From IMG/VR virus record IMGVR_UViG_2778261505_000002: a stretch of DNA of 64,000 bases, one strand, 5' to 3'. The first letter of the stretch is position 1; each line of letters begins with the position of its first letter. Positions 37,437-46,765 of this stretch are shown here, piece by piece. The notes under the pieces were generated by a model that did not search any database, had not been told where the DNA came from, and saw only the letters and a list, made by a program, of their open reading frames with translations. The translations under genes were made by a program, and so were the position numbers. Source of the stretch: a virus (taxonomy: Duplodnaviria > Heunggongvirae > Uroviricota > Caudoviricetes).

Positions 37437-38510
37437 ATGGCAAAAGGAAAATCCGCACTGGCACTTGCTCTGAAAAAGAAAATCGGTAGCAACGACGAAA
37501 TTCAGAAAGTAACTCATTGGATTGATACAGGCTTTCCACCGTTAAACAAAGCTATTTCTGGTCGTTACGATGGCGGCTTCCCATGTGGTCGTATCGTCGA
37601 AGTATTCGGTCCTCCAAGTGCAGGGAAAACGTTCCTTGCAACAGCAGCGATGATCTCCGCTCAAAAACAAGATGGTCTGGCGGTATTCCTCGATCATGAA
37701 AACAGTTTTGACGTTGGCCTGGCTGTCGCCAATGGCCTGAACGCAGATGAGGATGACGGTCAGTGGGTATACAAGCAGCCTGACACCTTCGAAGACTCTG
37801 TAGAGTTGATCGGCACAATACTTAAATTGGTACGTGATGAAGAGCTTATCCCTGAATCAGCACCTATCTGTATCGTGGCTGACTCACTTGCGTCTATGGT
37901 TCCGAACTCCAAAGCCGAGAAGTTCGAAAAGATGGCTGAAGGCACTGCCAAAGACAAAGATCAGCTAAACATGAACGACAATACGGCACTGGCTCGTGCG
38001 ACAAGTGCGAACTTCCCTACTCTGGCTTTGTGGGCACGCAAATACAACGCCTGCATCATCTTCTTGAATCAGGTTCGCACAAAAATCGGTGTAATGTTTG
38101 GCGACCCTACTACGTCGCCAGGTGGAGATTCACCGAAGTTCTACGCTTCTGTACGTATCCGTCTTGGTGCATCGGTGATGAAGGATGGTAAAGAGAAGAT
38201 CGGCCAGGACGTAGGCGCAGAATGCATCAAAAACAAAGTTGCACCACCGTATGGCAAATGCACCTGGAAATTCTACTTCGATCCTACTCGTGGCCTCGAC
38301 GTTATCGAATCGCTCGTCGAGTACATGCTGGAAGAAGGATACCTGCCAAAGAACGCCAGCGGGCGAGTTGAAATTGGTGACAAGAAATACACCAAATCAC
38401 AGATCGTCGAGATGTATCGGGAGAAGCCACTGGCTGAAATCATTGCGGCTTTGCAGGCAATCGACGACCGAAGAGCAAAAGACAACCCCACCGAGTCAGT
38501 AGAAGAGTAA
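37437..38510 (+). CDS. RecA/UvsX-like recombinase
   Basis: Walker A (FGPPSAGKT), Walker B-like IIFLNQVR, and RecA-signature GGDSPKFYASVRIRL. Confidence 0.8.
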   Translation: MAKGKSALALALKKKIGSNDEIQKVTHWIDTGFPPLNKAISGRYDGGFPCGRIVEVFGPPSAGKTFLATAAMISAQKQDGLAVFLDHENSFDVGLAVANGLNADEDDGQWVYKQPDTFEDSVELIGTILKLVRDEELIPESAPICIVADSLASMVPNSKAEKFEKMAEGTAKDKDQLNMNDNTALARATSANFPTLALWARKYNACIIFLNQVRTKIGVMFGDPTTSPGGDSPKFYASVRIRLGASVMKDGKEKIGQDVGAECIKNKVAPPYGKCTWKFYFDPTRGLDVIESLVEYMLEEGYLPKNASGRVEIGDKKYTKSQIVEMYREKPLAEIIAALQAIDDRRAKDNPTESVEE

Positions 38511-38514
38511 ACAC

Positions 38515-38541
38515 AAGGCGTCCACAGGACGCCTTTTTTAT
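38515..38541 (+). terminator. Rho-independent terminator (GGCGTC hairpin family)
   Basis: AAGGCGTCC-ACAG-GACGCCTT followed by TTTTATC. Confidence 0.85.
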
Positions 38542-38602
38542 CTCTTGAAAATATATAAGTACTTACTTATTATTTTCGCATAACAACCACATAGGAAAAC
38601 AC

Positions 38603-38803
38603 ATGATCAAAATCTATCTATTGGCAGTAGCCACAGGCGTTTCAGTGGCTCTCATCTACGGTTTACTGGTTCCGTCGCTGATTTCTACCAAGAGTGATTT
38701 AGCCGTCATGTTTGGAGTTATCGTTGGTTTTGGTGCTCCTGTAATCGGTCTTATTGCTGGTCGTAAGTTTATCAACTCATTAATCAAAGCAAAGGGGAAA
38801 TAA
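38603..38803 (+). CDS. Small membrane protein
   Basis: 66 aa, two predicted TM helices; AGGAAAACACATG start context. Confidence 0.5.
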   Translation: MIKIYLLAVATGVSVALIYGLLVPSLISTKSDLAVMFGVIVGFGAPVIGLIAGRKFINSLIKAKGK

Positions 38804-38806
38804 GTA

Positions 38807-39637
38807 ATGAAGAAAGGTTTACTTGCAGTTGCTCTGGCGGCTATTTGCACAATGGGTCTTACTGGCTGTGATCGCGTGGAGCCTGGATACGTTGGCATCA
38901 AAGTAAACAAATTAGGTGAAGACAAAGGGATCGGTGAAGTGGTTGGCGTTGGGCGCCAATGGACAGGTCTTAACACCGAACTTTACGTATTCCCGACCTT
39001 CAAACAAATGAAGACCTACGACGAACCGTTCACATTCCAGATGAGTGACGGTACTGCTATTGGTCACAAAATTGGCGTTGCGTATCTGGTTAATCGTGAC
39101 AAGGTAACGACGGTGTTCCAGACCTATCGCAAAGGCGTAGACGATATCACCGAATCAGATCTGCGTCAGAAAATTGCCGACTCTCTAAACCGTTTGGCCA
39201 GCCGTATGACCACTGACTCATTTATCGACGGTGGTAAGGCGCAATTGCTGGACAACGCACTGAAAGATATTCAGAAAGAGATGTCTCCGGTTGGTATTGA
39301 GGTACTGAGCCTGTCATGGGTTGGAAAGCCTGATTACCCAAAAACCGTCATTGAATCTATCAACGCCAAAGTAACGGCTAACCAGCGTACTCTGCAACGT
39401 CAGCAGGAAGTTGAACAACGTAAAGCTGAGGCGAATATGCTACGTGAACAGGCTAATGGTGAAGCTGATGCTATCCGTGCTCGCGCGCAAGCAGAAGCCG
39501 ACGCCATTCGTCTGCGCGGTGAAGCTCTGCGTCAAAACCCGAACGTTATGGAGCTGGAAGCCATCAATAAATGGAATGGCCAGTTACCGCAGTACATGAC
39601 TCAAGGGGCTAACACTCCTTTCATTACAGTGAAATAA
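38807..39637 (+). CDS. SPFH/band-7 domain lipoprotein
   Basis: Lipobox (GLTG|C) then a prohibitin/HflK-like core and a C-terminal coiled coil (EADAIRARAQAEADAIRLRGEA). Confidence 0.6.
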   Translation: MKKGLLAVALAAICTMGLTGCDRVEPGYVGIKVNKLGEDKGIGEVVGVGRQWTGLNTELYVFPTFKQMKTYDEPFTFQMSDGTAIGHKIGVAYLVNRDKVTTVFQTYRKGVDDITESDLRQKIADSLNRLASRMTTDSFIDGGKAQLLDNALKDIQKEMSPVGIEVLSLSWVGKPDYPKTVIESINAKVTANQRTLQRQQEVEQRKAEANMLREQANGEADAIRARAQAEADAIRLRGEALRQNPNVMELEAINKWNGQLPQYMTQGANTPFITVK

Positions 39638-39653
39638 CTCTCATTAAGAAGAT

Positions 39654-39682
39654 CAGGCGTCCAGTTGGACGCCGTTTTATTC
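39654..39682 (+). terminator. Rho-independent terminator (GGCGTC hairpin family)
   Basis: CAGGCGTCC-AGTT-GGACGCC followed by GTTTTATT. Confidence 0.85.
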
Positions 39683-39732
39683 TCGTTATTATCACACACA
39701 AGAAAACAATTTGTTAAAAGGTTAAGTTAATT

Positions 39733-40557
39733 ATGCCCAACCACATTACAAACGAAATCCGAGTCATAGGTGGTACAAATAAACAACGCTTAGATTTCAT
39801 ACGTGCCATAACTAACAAAAAAGGTCTAATTGACTTTAATACCATTTGCAGACGTCCGAAAAGTATAGAAATGGAAGAAAACAATCATATCAGGCGCATG
39901 GCCTCTGCAATGGCGGGCGAAACAGTTTACGACCACATGTTCGGTGAATTAAAAACTCCAGAACAGGTCGAATTAGCTATGCGTGAATCAGGAATGACAC
40001 GCAAGGAAATTCGCAAAATCAAAGAGCAGGCTCTTATGCGGCTTGAGAATTATCGTCGCTATGGCTATTACTCATGGTTTGACTGGTCGCGAGCTAATTG
40101 GGGAACAAAATGGAATGCCTACAACATCGAAATGCCCGTAAAACGTATCCCTACACGTATTAAGTACGGCCATAATTTCCGCCATACACACGTTCGAGCA
40201 TATGCAAAACGAATCTATAAAAAACGTCTTGCAAGACATGCCGCAACTGGTGGTGAGTTGGTGATTCGCTTTGAAACAGCATGGTCTATGCCAAAACCAA
40301 TTTATCAGGCGATGGCTAGAAAGTTCCCGCACCTTGAGTTTGTAATACGTTATGCAGACGAAGACTTCGGCAATAACTGCGGATTCATTTTACTTCGCAA
40401 CGGCAAATGGGAATATGACTACATTGCACCGGCGAATAACGAACAATCGTCAGAAGAAAAAATCAAATGGTGCAAGTTCGCCTTTGAGTTATGTTGTCCT
40501 GGTATCACTCCACAAGAATACGGTCTAAATGAAAAATACGAATACGCCGGATATTAA
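39733..40557 (+). CDS. Hypothetical protein (Trp-rich SWFDWSRANWGTKWNA motif)
   Basis: 274-aa ORF preceded by the AAAACAATTTGTT palindrome; family not recognised. Confidence 0.45.
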   Translation: MPNHITNEIRVIGGTNKQRLDFIRAITNKKGLIDFNTICRRPKSIEMEENNHIRRMASAMAGETVYDHMFGELKTPEQVELAMRESGMTRKEIRKIKEQALMRLENYRRYGYYSWFDWSRANWGTKWNAYNIEMPVKRIPTRIKYGHNFRHTHVRAYAKRIYKKRLARHAATGGELVIRFETAWSMPKPIYQAMARKFPHLEFVIRYADEDFGNNCGFILLRNGKWEYDYIAPANNEQSSEEKIKWCKFAFELCCPGITPQEYGLNEKYEYAGY

Positions 40558-40589
40558 TGCTTTACGCACGAAGCATAGAGGTTAAGAAG

Positions 40590-41330
40590 ATGAAAAGAAA
40601 AATTGAAGAACCAAAAACGACCCTTAATAAACATGGGGAAAAAATTCAAACACACCCAGCGTTCGGTCTTGTGAAAACAAGCCGTGTTAGCACGACTGGC
40701 ATTCGTCTATTTGATTCAGAACTGGAACATAGAGACTATATTGAAATAGGCGTTTACGAGGCTGAACTATCCTTGGATAATGAACGAACCCGGCCACAAA
40801 GGAGTAGCAATAGACGGCCTTTAGTTGAAATTAGACTTAGCCAGGCACAATGGGCTGCTATGGTTAGCAGTTTTGGTGTGGGCGAAGGTGTGCCATGCAC
40901 TATTTCATATAAAACCATTGGCGACTCAATTAGAGTTCATGATATTGCCGAGCAAAAAAGTATTCGACAAAAATTCAACGATCAAATAAAGGCAGCTACG
41001 AATAGTGAGATTGATCGACTTAATCAGCAAGTATCAGAGCTAGGTGAGCTTGTGAAAAAAGGAAGAGCTGGAAAACGTGACCTTGAAGAACTATATAGAA
41101 AACTTGCATCTGCTGTAGCTAACCTTCCTGAAAATCTGTGCTTTGCTACCGAATTAATGCAGGAGCAAATGGATGAAATTGTCTCATCTGGAAAGGCGGA
41201 GATTGAGGCGTATGTTGCAGGCACTGTTATGCGTAAAGGGTTAGCAGCATTAGGCACAGAATCATGCATTAACGATGCTCCTACTGTCTCTATCACCAAA
41301 ATGGAAAGCGGTAAAGAATTACTGCCATAA
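40590..41330 (+). CDS. Hypothetical protein with central coiled coil
   Basis: Start set at ATG after GAGG RBS (track ORF begins at 40557); no motif recognised. Confidence 0.4.
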   Translation: MKRKIEEPKTTLNKHGEKIQTHPAFGLVKTSRVSTTGIRLFDSELEHRDYIEIGVYEAELSLDNERTRPQRSSNRRPLVEIRLSQAQWAAMVSSFGVGEGVPCTISYKTIGDSIRVHDIAEQKSIRQKFNDQIKAATNSEIDRLNQQVSELGELVKKGRAGKRDLEELYRKLASAVANLPENLCFATELMQEQMDEIVSSGKAEIEAYVAGTVMRKGLAALGTESCINDAPTVSITKMESGKELLP

Positions 41331-41398
41331 ATGTATCTGAGGTACTGACAATGCTTTTAATTCAACCTGGGTTCGGTTTAAAGATAAAAAAAGGACAT

Positions 41399-41740
41399 AT
41401 GTTCGGTTTCAAAGAATCGAAACGAAAAATTCTGTCCATTAGATTGCCGTTTATCACCATTCATTGGTTAAACAGAGAGTCAACCGATTATTGGTATAAA
41501 TGTGCTCTGGCCGCATTTAACGACCCTGACTGGTTTATAGAAAACCACCATGCTGTTCGTCAGGCAAAGAGAAAAGCTAATACGACATACATGAAGGCGT
41601 ATCGGAAGGCATGGAAAGAACACCGCGATCGATACCAAAAAGACATGGAGAAACTTGAATTGGAAAATATGGATCTAAGAAGGAAGCTCGGTGAAGCACG
41701 GCGAGATATTGAAGCATATAAACGTCTTGTATCGGAGTGA
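41399..41740 (+). CDS. Hypothetical basic protein with C-terminal coiled coil
   Basis: Start at ATG after AAGGA (track ORF begins at 41351). Confidence 0.35.
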   Translation: MFGFKESKRKILSIRLPFITIHWLNRESTDYWYKCALAAFNDPDWFIENHHAVRQAKRKANTTYMKAYRKAWKEHRDRYQKDMEKLELENMDLRRKLGEARRDIEAYKRLVSE

Positions 41741-41873
41741 ATATGACTTTACATTGTTTTTTCAAAGGGCATTGCTTTTCACTATACAGAAACAGAAATA
41801 ATAATGGGGCATTCTACATATGTAGTAAATGTGGGAGGACAAAATATCTTCCAGATGTCAAATTTGAAGGTCC

Positions 41874-42320
41874 TTGAATGTTTGCATTAAATGGGCAATA
41901 CAGATGATCACAACAGACTTTTCTAAATTAAGTGATTTTGAAATTAACAGACGAGTATGTGAGGCTTTAGATATGGAGGAGTATTTCTTCATACCTGATG
42001 ACGAAGCAGATTTCGATTCGGAGATCCCCACTGACGAAAGAGGTCCTGTTTGGCAGACGTCAAAAAGGGATATTAATGGCTTCCGTGCTTCAAACGGAAA
42101 TTGCTTCAATCCTTGCAACAACCCGGCGGACGCAAAGCCCATTATCGTAGAGAACAGAATTGGCATTATTCCTGCGCCAGAAAATGGATTATGGAAGGCA
42201 GCGCATAGAAAGATTGGTAACGATAATACTCCATACCATATGACTCAAAATGTAAATCCACTCCGCGCCGCCATGATTGTCTTTCTGATGATGAAAGAAA
42301 GTGAGAGTTGTACCGATTAA
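41874..42320 (+). CDS. Hypothetical protein
   Basis: 148-aa ORF; no motif recognised. Confidence 0.35.
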   Translation: MNVCIKWAIQMITTDFSKLSDFEINRRVCEALDMEEYFFIPDDEADFDSEIPTDERGPVWQTSKRDINGFRASNGNCFNPCNNPADAKPIIVENRIGIIPAPENGLWKAAHRKIGNDNTPYHMTQNVNPLRAAMIVFLMMKESESCTD

Positions 42321-42619
42321 TGAATATATACGATTTTTTTAAAAAACCTAACACATGTGTCAGAAAAGGGTATAAACCGTCAGTCATCGATTGCTGGTCG
42401 CTATCAGCAAATAATCTCAACAATGTATTCAAAATGCATTGGGAGTTTCTTTGTGAAGCGCGCGGCGTTCTCGACATGACAGTCAGAGAAGCAATTATCT
42501 GGATTCTTTGGTTTCCGGTAAGAACATTTATGACTCTGACGTACCCATTTACCTTCTGGATTTGGGGAACCGTCCTTTATTTCATATTAAAAGGAGAAGT
42601 AAAACATGGCAGCAATTAA
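42308..42619 (+). CDS. Hypothetical membrane protein
   Basis: 103 aa; Trp/Phe-rich predicted TM segments. Confidence 0.35.
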   Translation: MYRLMNIYDFFKKPNTCVRKGYKPSVIDCWSLSANNLNNVFKMHWEFLCEARGVLDMTVREAIIWILWFPVRTFMTLTYPFTFWIWGTVLYFILKGEVKHGSN

Positions 42620-43031
42620 GAAACTCTACGATGCCGCAAACGCGGCTCTGGATGTTATTGATGATGAAGTATCAAAAGGCTTTCCTGAACCTGATTGGGC
42701 GCATCAGCTACGAAACGCTATCGCCGAAATGAATCCACCAGATCCGACCACCGACGAGACAGACTGGCAGCGATTTATCCGTATGTACGCTCAGGAAATA
42801 GGTCCAACGCCAACGGCAGAGCAAGCAATGCTGCTGAAATACTTCAAAGAGGCGGGAGAGGATTTACCAATTGATGACTCAGCATATTGGTTCCACTGCG
42901 CATGGCGTAAGTATGACGTGATATTCACACAAGGCATGGGAAGCAAAGATATGGTTGTGTGGCATCTACTCCATATAGACACAGCCGTTGACAGAGTTAT
43001 TGAACAGTTTTTCCCTAACCAAGAAGATTGA
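42606..43031 (+). CDS. Hypothetical protein
   Basis: 141-aa ORF with GGAG RBS. Confidence 0.4.
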   Translation: MAAIKKLYDAANAALDVIDDEVSKGFPEPDWAHQLRNAIAEMNPPDPTTDETDWQRFIRMYAQEIGPTPTAEQAMLLKYFKEAGEDLPIDDSAYWFHCAWRKYDVIFTQGMGSKDMVVWHLLHIDTAVDRVIEQFFPNQED

Positions 43032-43086
43032 TCGCCTATTCATAACTAACAAAATAAGTAAACACTAACCACAAAAGGAAAAACAC

Positions 43087-43362
43087 ATGAGAGTTTTAGT
43101 TCGAATCGTTACCAGCACTGTCTATGACGTGTTTCCGCTTTTTATGGTCAAAGTCGATGGCCTTAACGATGAAGAAACTGACGCGCTGATCCAGCGTACT
43201 CTTGTTGAATATACAGGTCATGACGCTGATTCAGTGATGGTTGATGATGATGGTGTTTGTTGGCATAACGGCAACTGTTGGTACGTAGAAGAGACTCAAC
43301 AAATCAGTAATGAAGATGCTGAACATCTTGAGCGTATTTTAAGCATCAGCACTTTTGAGTGA
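43087..43362 (+). CDS. Hypothetical protein
   Basis: 91-aa ORF with the conserved AAAGGAAAAACACATG start context. Confidence 0.45.
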   Translation: MRVLVRIVTSTVYDVFPLFMVKVDGLNDEETDALIQRTLVEYTGHDADSVMVDDDGVCWHNGNCWYVEETQQISNEDAEHLERILSISTFE

Positions 43363-43577
43363 GTTTACAGTAAAGTTTATATAAGTTAGTATCTACCTAT
43401 CATGAAGATTTTTATTGAATACTTGTTACTCATCGTTTCAATAGCTTTTGTCATCGACTGCATTTTCACTGGTGTCATTCGTAAAGTCTTTTCCCCGGTG
43501 CACGACGTAGTCATAAACGCTTTGGCTATCGTGCTCGTATTTAATTCAGCATTTGATGTAATCAAAGAGGTGGCAGC

Positions 43578-43913
43578 ATGAAGACCATCCCATTCGCGCT
43601 GTTGTTTCTTTCTTCGATCGTTGTGGCCGACACCACTGTTTATCAGTGTGAAATGTCTGTAGCCGACGTTAAGAATGGCACTCTTACCGACGTCATAAAA
43701 GCACCATATGGAGCGATGGTCGTAGACAGCGGCGACCAGTTCTATGTTGTGCGTGACGATCGAGTGTTGTCATCCCCATATCTCACAAATCGTAATGGCA
43801 AATTAACCGGCGTCGGAGAAGACCACTTCGTATACAACAAATACAAGGGCTTCTATGGCGTTCACGCTTCTCAGCAAAGCTACCTTTTCGATGACTGCAA
43901 GGAGGTTGGGTAA
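43578..43913 (+). CDS. Hypothetical secreted protein
   Basis: N-terminal signal peptide (MKTIPFALLFLSSIVVA); 111 aa. Confidence 0.45.
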   Translation: MKTIPFALLFLSSIVVADTTVYQCEMSVADVKNGTLTDVIKAPYGAMVVDSGDQFYVVRDDRVLSSPYLTNRNGKLTGVGEDHFVYNKYKGFYGVHASQQSYLFDDCKEVG

Positions 43914-44125
43914 TGGCATTAACACTGGCAGGTCTGGAAATCGAGAAAACAAGCGGCTACTGGCGTGCTAAGGGTTTCAAGCAGCCTGGCATTCTTGAGC
44001 GTCTGGAACGTGAAGATGGGTATATCGTCCACCAGCGGCGTGAATGGCGTATGTACGATCCAGAAACAGGAAAACTGACTACAAAAGCCGGAACACTTTG
44101 GGGTCTGTTAAAGAAAATACACTAA
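43913..44125 (+). CDS. Hypothetical small protein
   Basis: 70-aa ORF whose start overlaps the upstream stop. Confidence 0.35.
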   Translation: MALTLAGLEIEKTSGYWRAKGFKQPGILERLEREDGYIVHQRREWRMYDPETGKLTTKAGTLWGLLKKIH

Positions 44126-44172
44126 ATGCAAACTGACTGCGGAACGTGCCGCAGTCATATTTCATAGTCGTC

Positions 44173-44705
44173 ACCGCTGACAGCATACACAATCAACTAC
44201 CGCTGATAGCATATCGAGAGTCTATCTCACCGCTCACAGCATACATTACTCGATTTTTTACCGCTGACAGCATACTTAAGAAATTGCATGAATAATGTGT
44301 CCCGGTATGGGTATAACCAGAACAAAATTACCGCTGGCAGCATACGAATGTCTGACATATACCATTAATTACCGCTGATAGCATATCCAAACAAAAATTC
44401 CTCAATAAAACACCGCTGACAGCATACATTCTATCAGAGAGTAGCAGGCAATAAATGCCTTTCACTACAAGCAATCAGCGCAATAGCAATAGAATGTTAG
44501 TGAGCGCAAACCTATATGGAATGCACTCTTCGAGGTTAGTAACCACTGGGGAGGTATGACAGAGCATTGAGTGGTGATAGATGATTTACCGCTCACAGCA
44601 TACGTTCATCTCACTATACCGCTGGTAGCATATCTTTAACCGTTCACAGCATACTTTTCAGAAAAATAGCCGCTGATAGCATACATTTCACCGCTGACAG
44701 CATAT
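44173..44705. repeat. Iteron array downstream of repA (incA-like), about 12 copies of a 16-bp repeat
   Basis: ACCGCTGACAGCATAC and close variants at about 44173, 44199, 44228, 44259, 44329, 44370, 44411, 44587, 44618, 44639, 44668, 44690; variable spacing; ends at the rep stop codon. Confidence 0.85.
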
Positions 44706-45799
44706 CAAAGCAGTTTGAGACTATTGGAAAGGATCTCAATCATCTTGATATTTTCAGGCGTCAAATTCTGCGAAAGTTCGGTTATCTTGTTGATAATGTT
44801 CTGTTTGGCATCAATTTCCCCAGCTTTCTCATCTGGTTTTTTGGGTTCGATGTCTTCAGGTTTTGGCGGTGCGACTTTGAGTTTTGGATTGCGGCTGTGA
44901 ATCTGGATATAGATCGACCGCCCACGCTTAATCTCGCTGTATTCGAGATAGCCCAAATCTTGGAGAGCTTTTAAGCCGTTACGTATAGTCTGATTCTGCG
45001 AGCTGACATTCCTGCTACTCAAATTGAGTCGCGCACGCAATCGAGCAAGCGATACCGGCGCAGGCTTGGTTGGAAGACTTTCGATGAAGGTGTACAGAGC
45101 CTGTGCTGTTTCTTTGCGTGGTAGCTTATTGATAACCTTTAACTGCAAAAGAACCTTATGGTCAAAGCGATATAGTTCGGCCAGCTTCGGTTCTGCATAG
45201 AACACCACCGTATCTTTCTGCTCGTTGTAGTCCACGCTATTGATGAGGTGCACCATCAGAAGCGAGATCTTGTTAGAGCCGTCGACGTTCTTTTCTTCAT
45301 ACGTTCTCTGGAAAGACAGAGTTGTACGCATGATCTTCAAAAGACTGTTTGTAAGCCGGTCGCGGAGTGTTTTGCGGATCTGTGACGATGGATAGCCACA
45401 AAACTTAGCAAATTTCGTGATACTTAACTCGACACGACCGTTAGGTTCGCCGTATTCTGCCAGCGAACGCACAACGCCCACCCACGTTTTGAAATCATGA
45501 TCCATGTCGAGACGAGGACCGGTTATCTTGATATCGGAATAGCCTTCAGAACGGGCTACTTCGAGCTGGACAAGCTCCTTTGAAGCATCGATCTCATTTG
45601 GCTTGTTACGTTTACTGTATTTTGTTCCCTTAAGCGTGGGGACGAACAACCCCAGTCGCATCAACGCAATTGGTTGGACTGTATTGTTGCTATTAGGGAC
45701 AAGTTCCCCTGTGTACAATTCAAGGGAACCTTCTTCAAAGTTGTCGATGTTATCTTCTACTTCTTTGTTATTTTTACCTTTTTTATTTTTTGTGGACAT
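44705..45799 (-). CDS. repA: Plasmid-type replication initiator (RepA-like, iteron-binding)
   Basis: Flanked on both sides by arrays of the same 16-bp iteron; start set at ATG after AAAGG RBS (track ORF extends to 45919 across the upstream iterons); basic protein of RepA-like size. Confidence 0.7.
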   Translation of the reverse strand: MSTKNKKGKNNKEVEDNIDNFEEGSLELYTGELVPNSNNTVQPIALMRLGLFVPTLKGTKYSKRNKPNEIDASKELVQLEVARSEGYSDIKITGPRLDMDHDFKTWVGVVRSLAEYGEPNGRVELSITKFAKFCGYPSSQIRKTLRDRLTNSLLKIMRTTLSFQRTYEEKNVDGSNKISLLMVHLINSVDYNEQKDTVVFYAEPKLAELYRFDHKVLLQLKVINKLPRKETAQALYTFIESLPTKPAPVSLARLRARLNLSSRNVSSQNQTIRNGLKALQDLGYLEYSEIKRGRSIYIQIHSRNPKLKVAPPKPEDIEPKKPDEKAGEIDAKQNIINKITELSQNLTPENIKMIEILSNSLKLL

Positions 45800-45819
45800 G
45801 TGGACACCTTTGTCATTCA

Positions 45820-45921
45820 ACCGCTGACAGCATACTTGATTTGCCGCTGACAGAATACCAAAAACAGTTGGCAGCATACGGTGAACCGCTGACAGACTAT
45901 CAATTACCGCTGACAGCATAC
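45820..45921. repeat. Iteron array upstream of repA (incC/origin-like), 5 copies at ~21-23 bp spacing
   Basis: ACCGCTGACAGCATAC-type repeats at 45820, 45843, ~45864, 45885, 45906, overlapping the presumed rep promoter. Confidence 0.85.
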
Positions 45922-45959
45922 ATGAACATGACTTCAGACCAGTCGTGGCGCGGCTTACA

Positions 45960-46040
45960 GCGATCGGGGATCTTATTTGATCTATATAAGGATCTATCTA
46001 TGGATCTCTTTATTAGGATCTATCCTGTGGATATGTGAAT
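45960..46040. promoter_or_regulatory. Candidate replication origin core: GATC cluster in AT-rich DNA plus DnaA-box-like site
   Basis: Six GATC sites within ~60 bp (45962-46020) and TGTGGATAT (46026-46034, 8/9 match to the DnaA box complement) immediately beyond the upstream iterons. Confidence 0.65.
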
Positions 46041-46120
46041 AATTAAAACAGGCATTTACTACCTTCGGCGCACCTGGTGGGTTATCGTTGCCTCGGCTAA
46101 CAATCACAGAAAAATGACAT

Positions 46121-46765
46121 ATGGATCTAAAACGCACGCGCTGGGTTCGTCGTCTTGAAGACGGCTCCTACACTATCGAATCAAATTCCAACCTGAATAA
46201 GCAGAAGTTGCTTTGTGACATCTGCGGTATAGCGGCGAAGTGCCCGATCTACGAAACCAGAATTAAACTTGATAAGGCTGGTGTGAATTTTCATTTAAAC
46301 AGTTGCATCAGGTACGTTCCATTACTCGCATTTCGTAAACCGATCATCGGATTGGATGCCCCCTACTTCAACACACTCCGTTCAGGTGTGACGTGGCGAG
46401 ATCGTTTATCACCAGACAAGCTGATTTGCCTCGTATCCGCAGACACAGGGAAAATCATCCGTTTTGGGAAAGTAGACAAGGTTTACTCAGGCCCAGTAGA
46501 CGAAATGTTGCGGAAACACAGCCGGTTTAATCATCTCTGTATGGGTGGTGAGAAAATCGAGAAGGTAGAAGAAGTGATCCGCAAATCCTACGGACACTTT
46601 CTGACCAAAGATAGCCTGCTCACCGCAATCTACATCAGACATGTAAAACGTGAGTTCGACCTCGAATACCACAGCGAAGAAGAGCTTAACCTTGTTGACC
46701 CACGTCCAAAAGCTGGCGTCATAAGCATAAACGCAGCGCGTAAAAAGCCCACTGACGCGCTGTAA
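46121..46765 (+). CDS. Hypothetical protein
   Basis: 214-aa ORF adjacent to the origin region. Confidence 0.45.
   Translation: MDLKRTRWVRRLEDGSYTIESNSNLNKQKLLCDICGIAAKCPIYETRIKLDKAGVNFHLNSCIRYVPLLAFRKPIIGLDAPYFNTLRSGVTWRDRLSPDKLICLVSADTGKIIRFGKVDKVYSGPVDEMLRKHSRFNHLCMGGEKIEKVEEVIRKSYGHFLTKDSLLTAIYIRHVKREFDLEYHSEEELNLVDPRPKAGVISINAARKKPTDAL

Noticed and set aside
44173-44705. Repeat array considered as a possible CRISPR array
   Set aside because: Repeats are only 16 bp, spacing is irregular (20-70 bp), identical repeats also lie on the other side of a rep gene, and no cas genes are present; the pattern fits plasmid iterons
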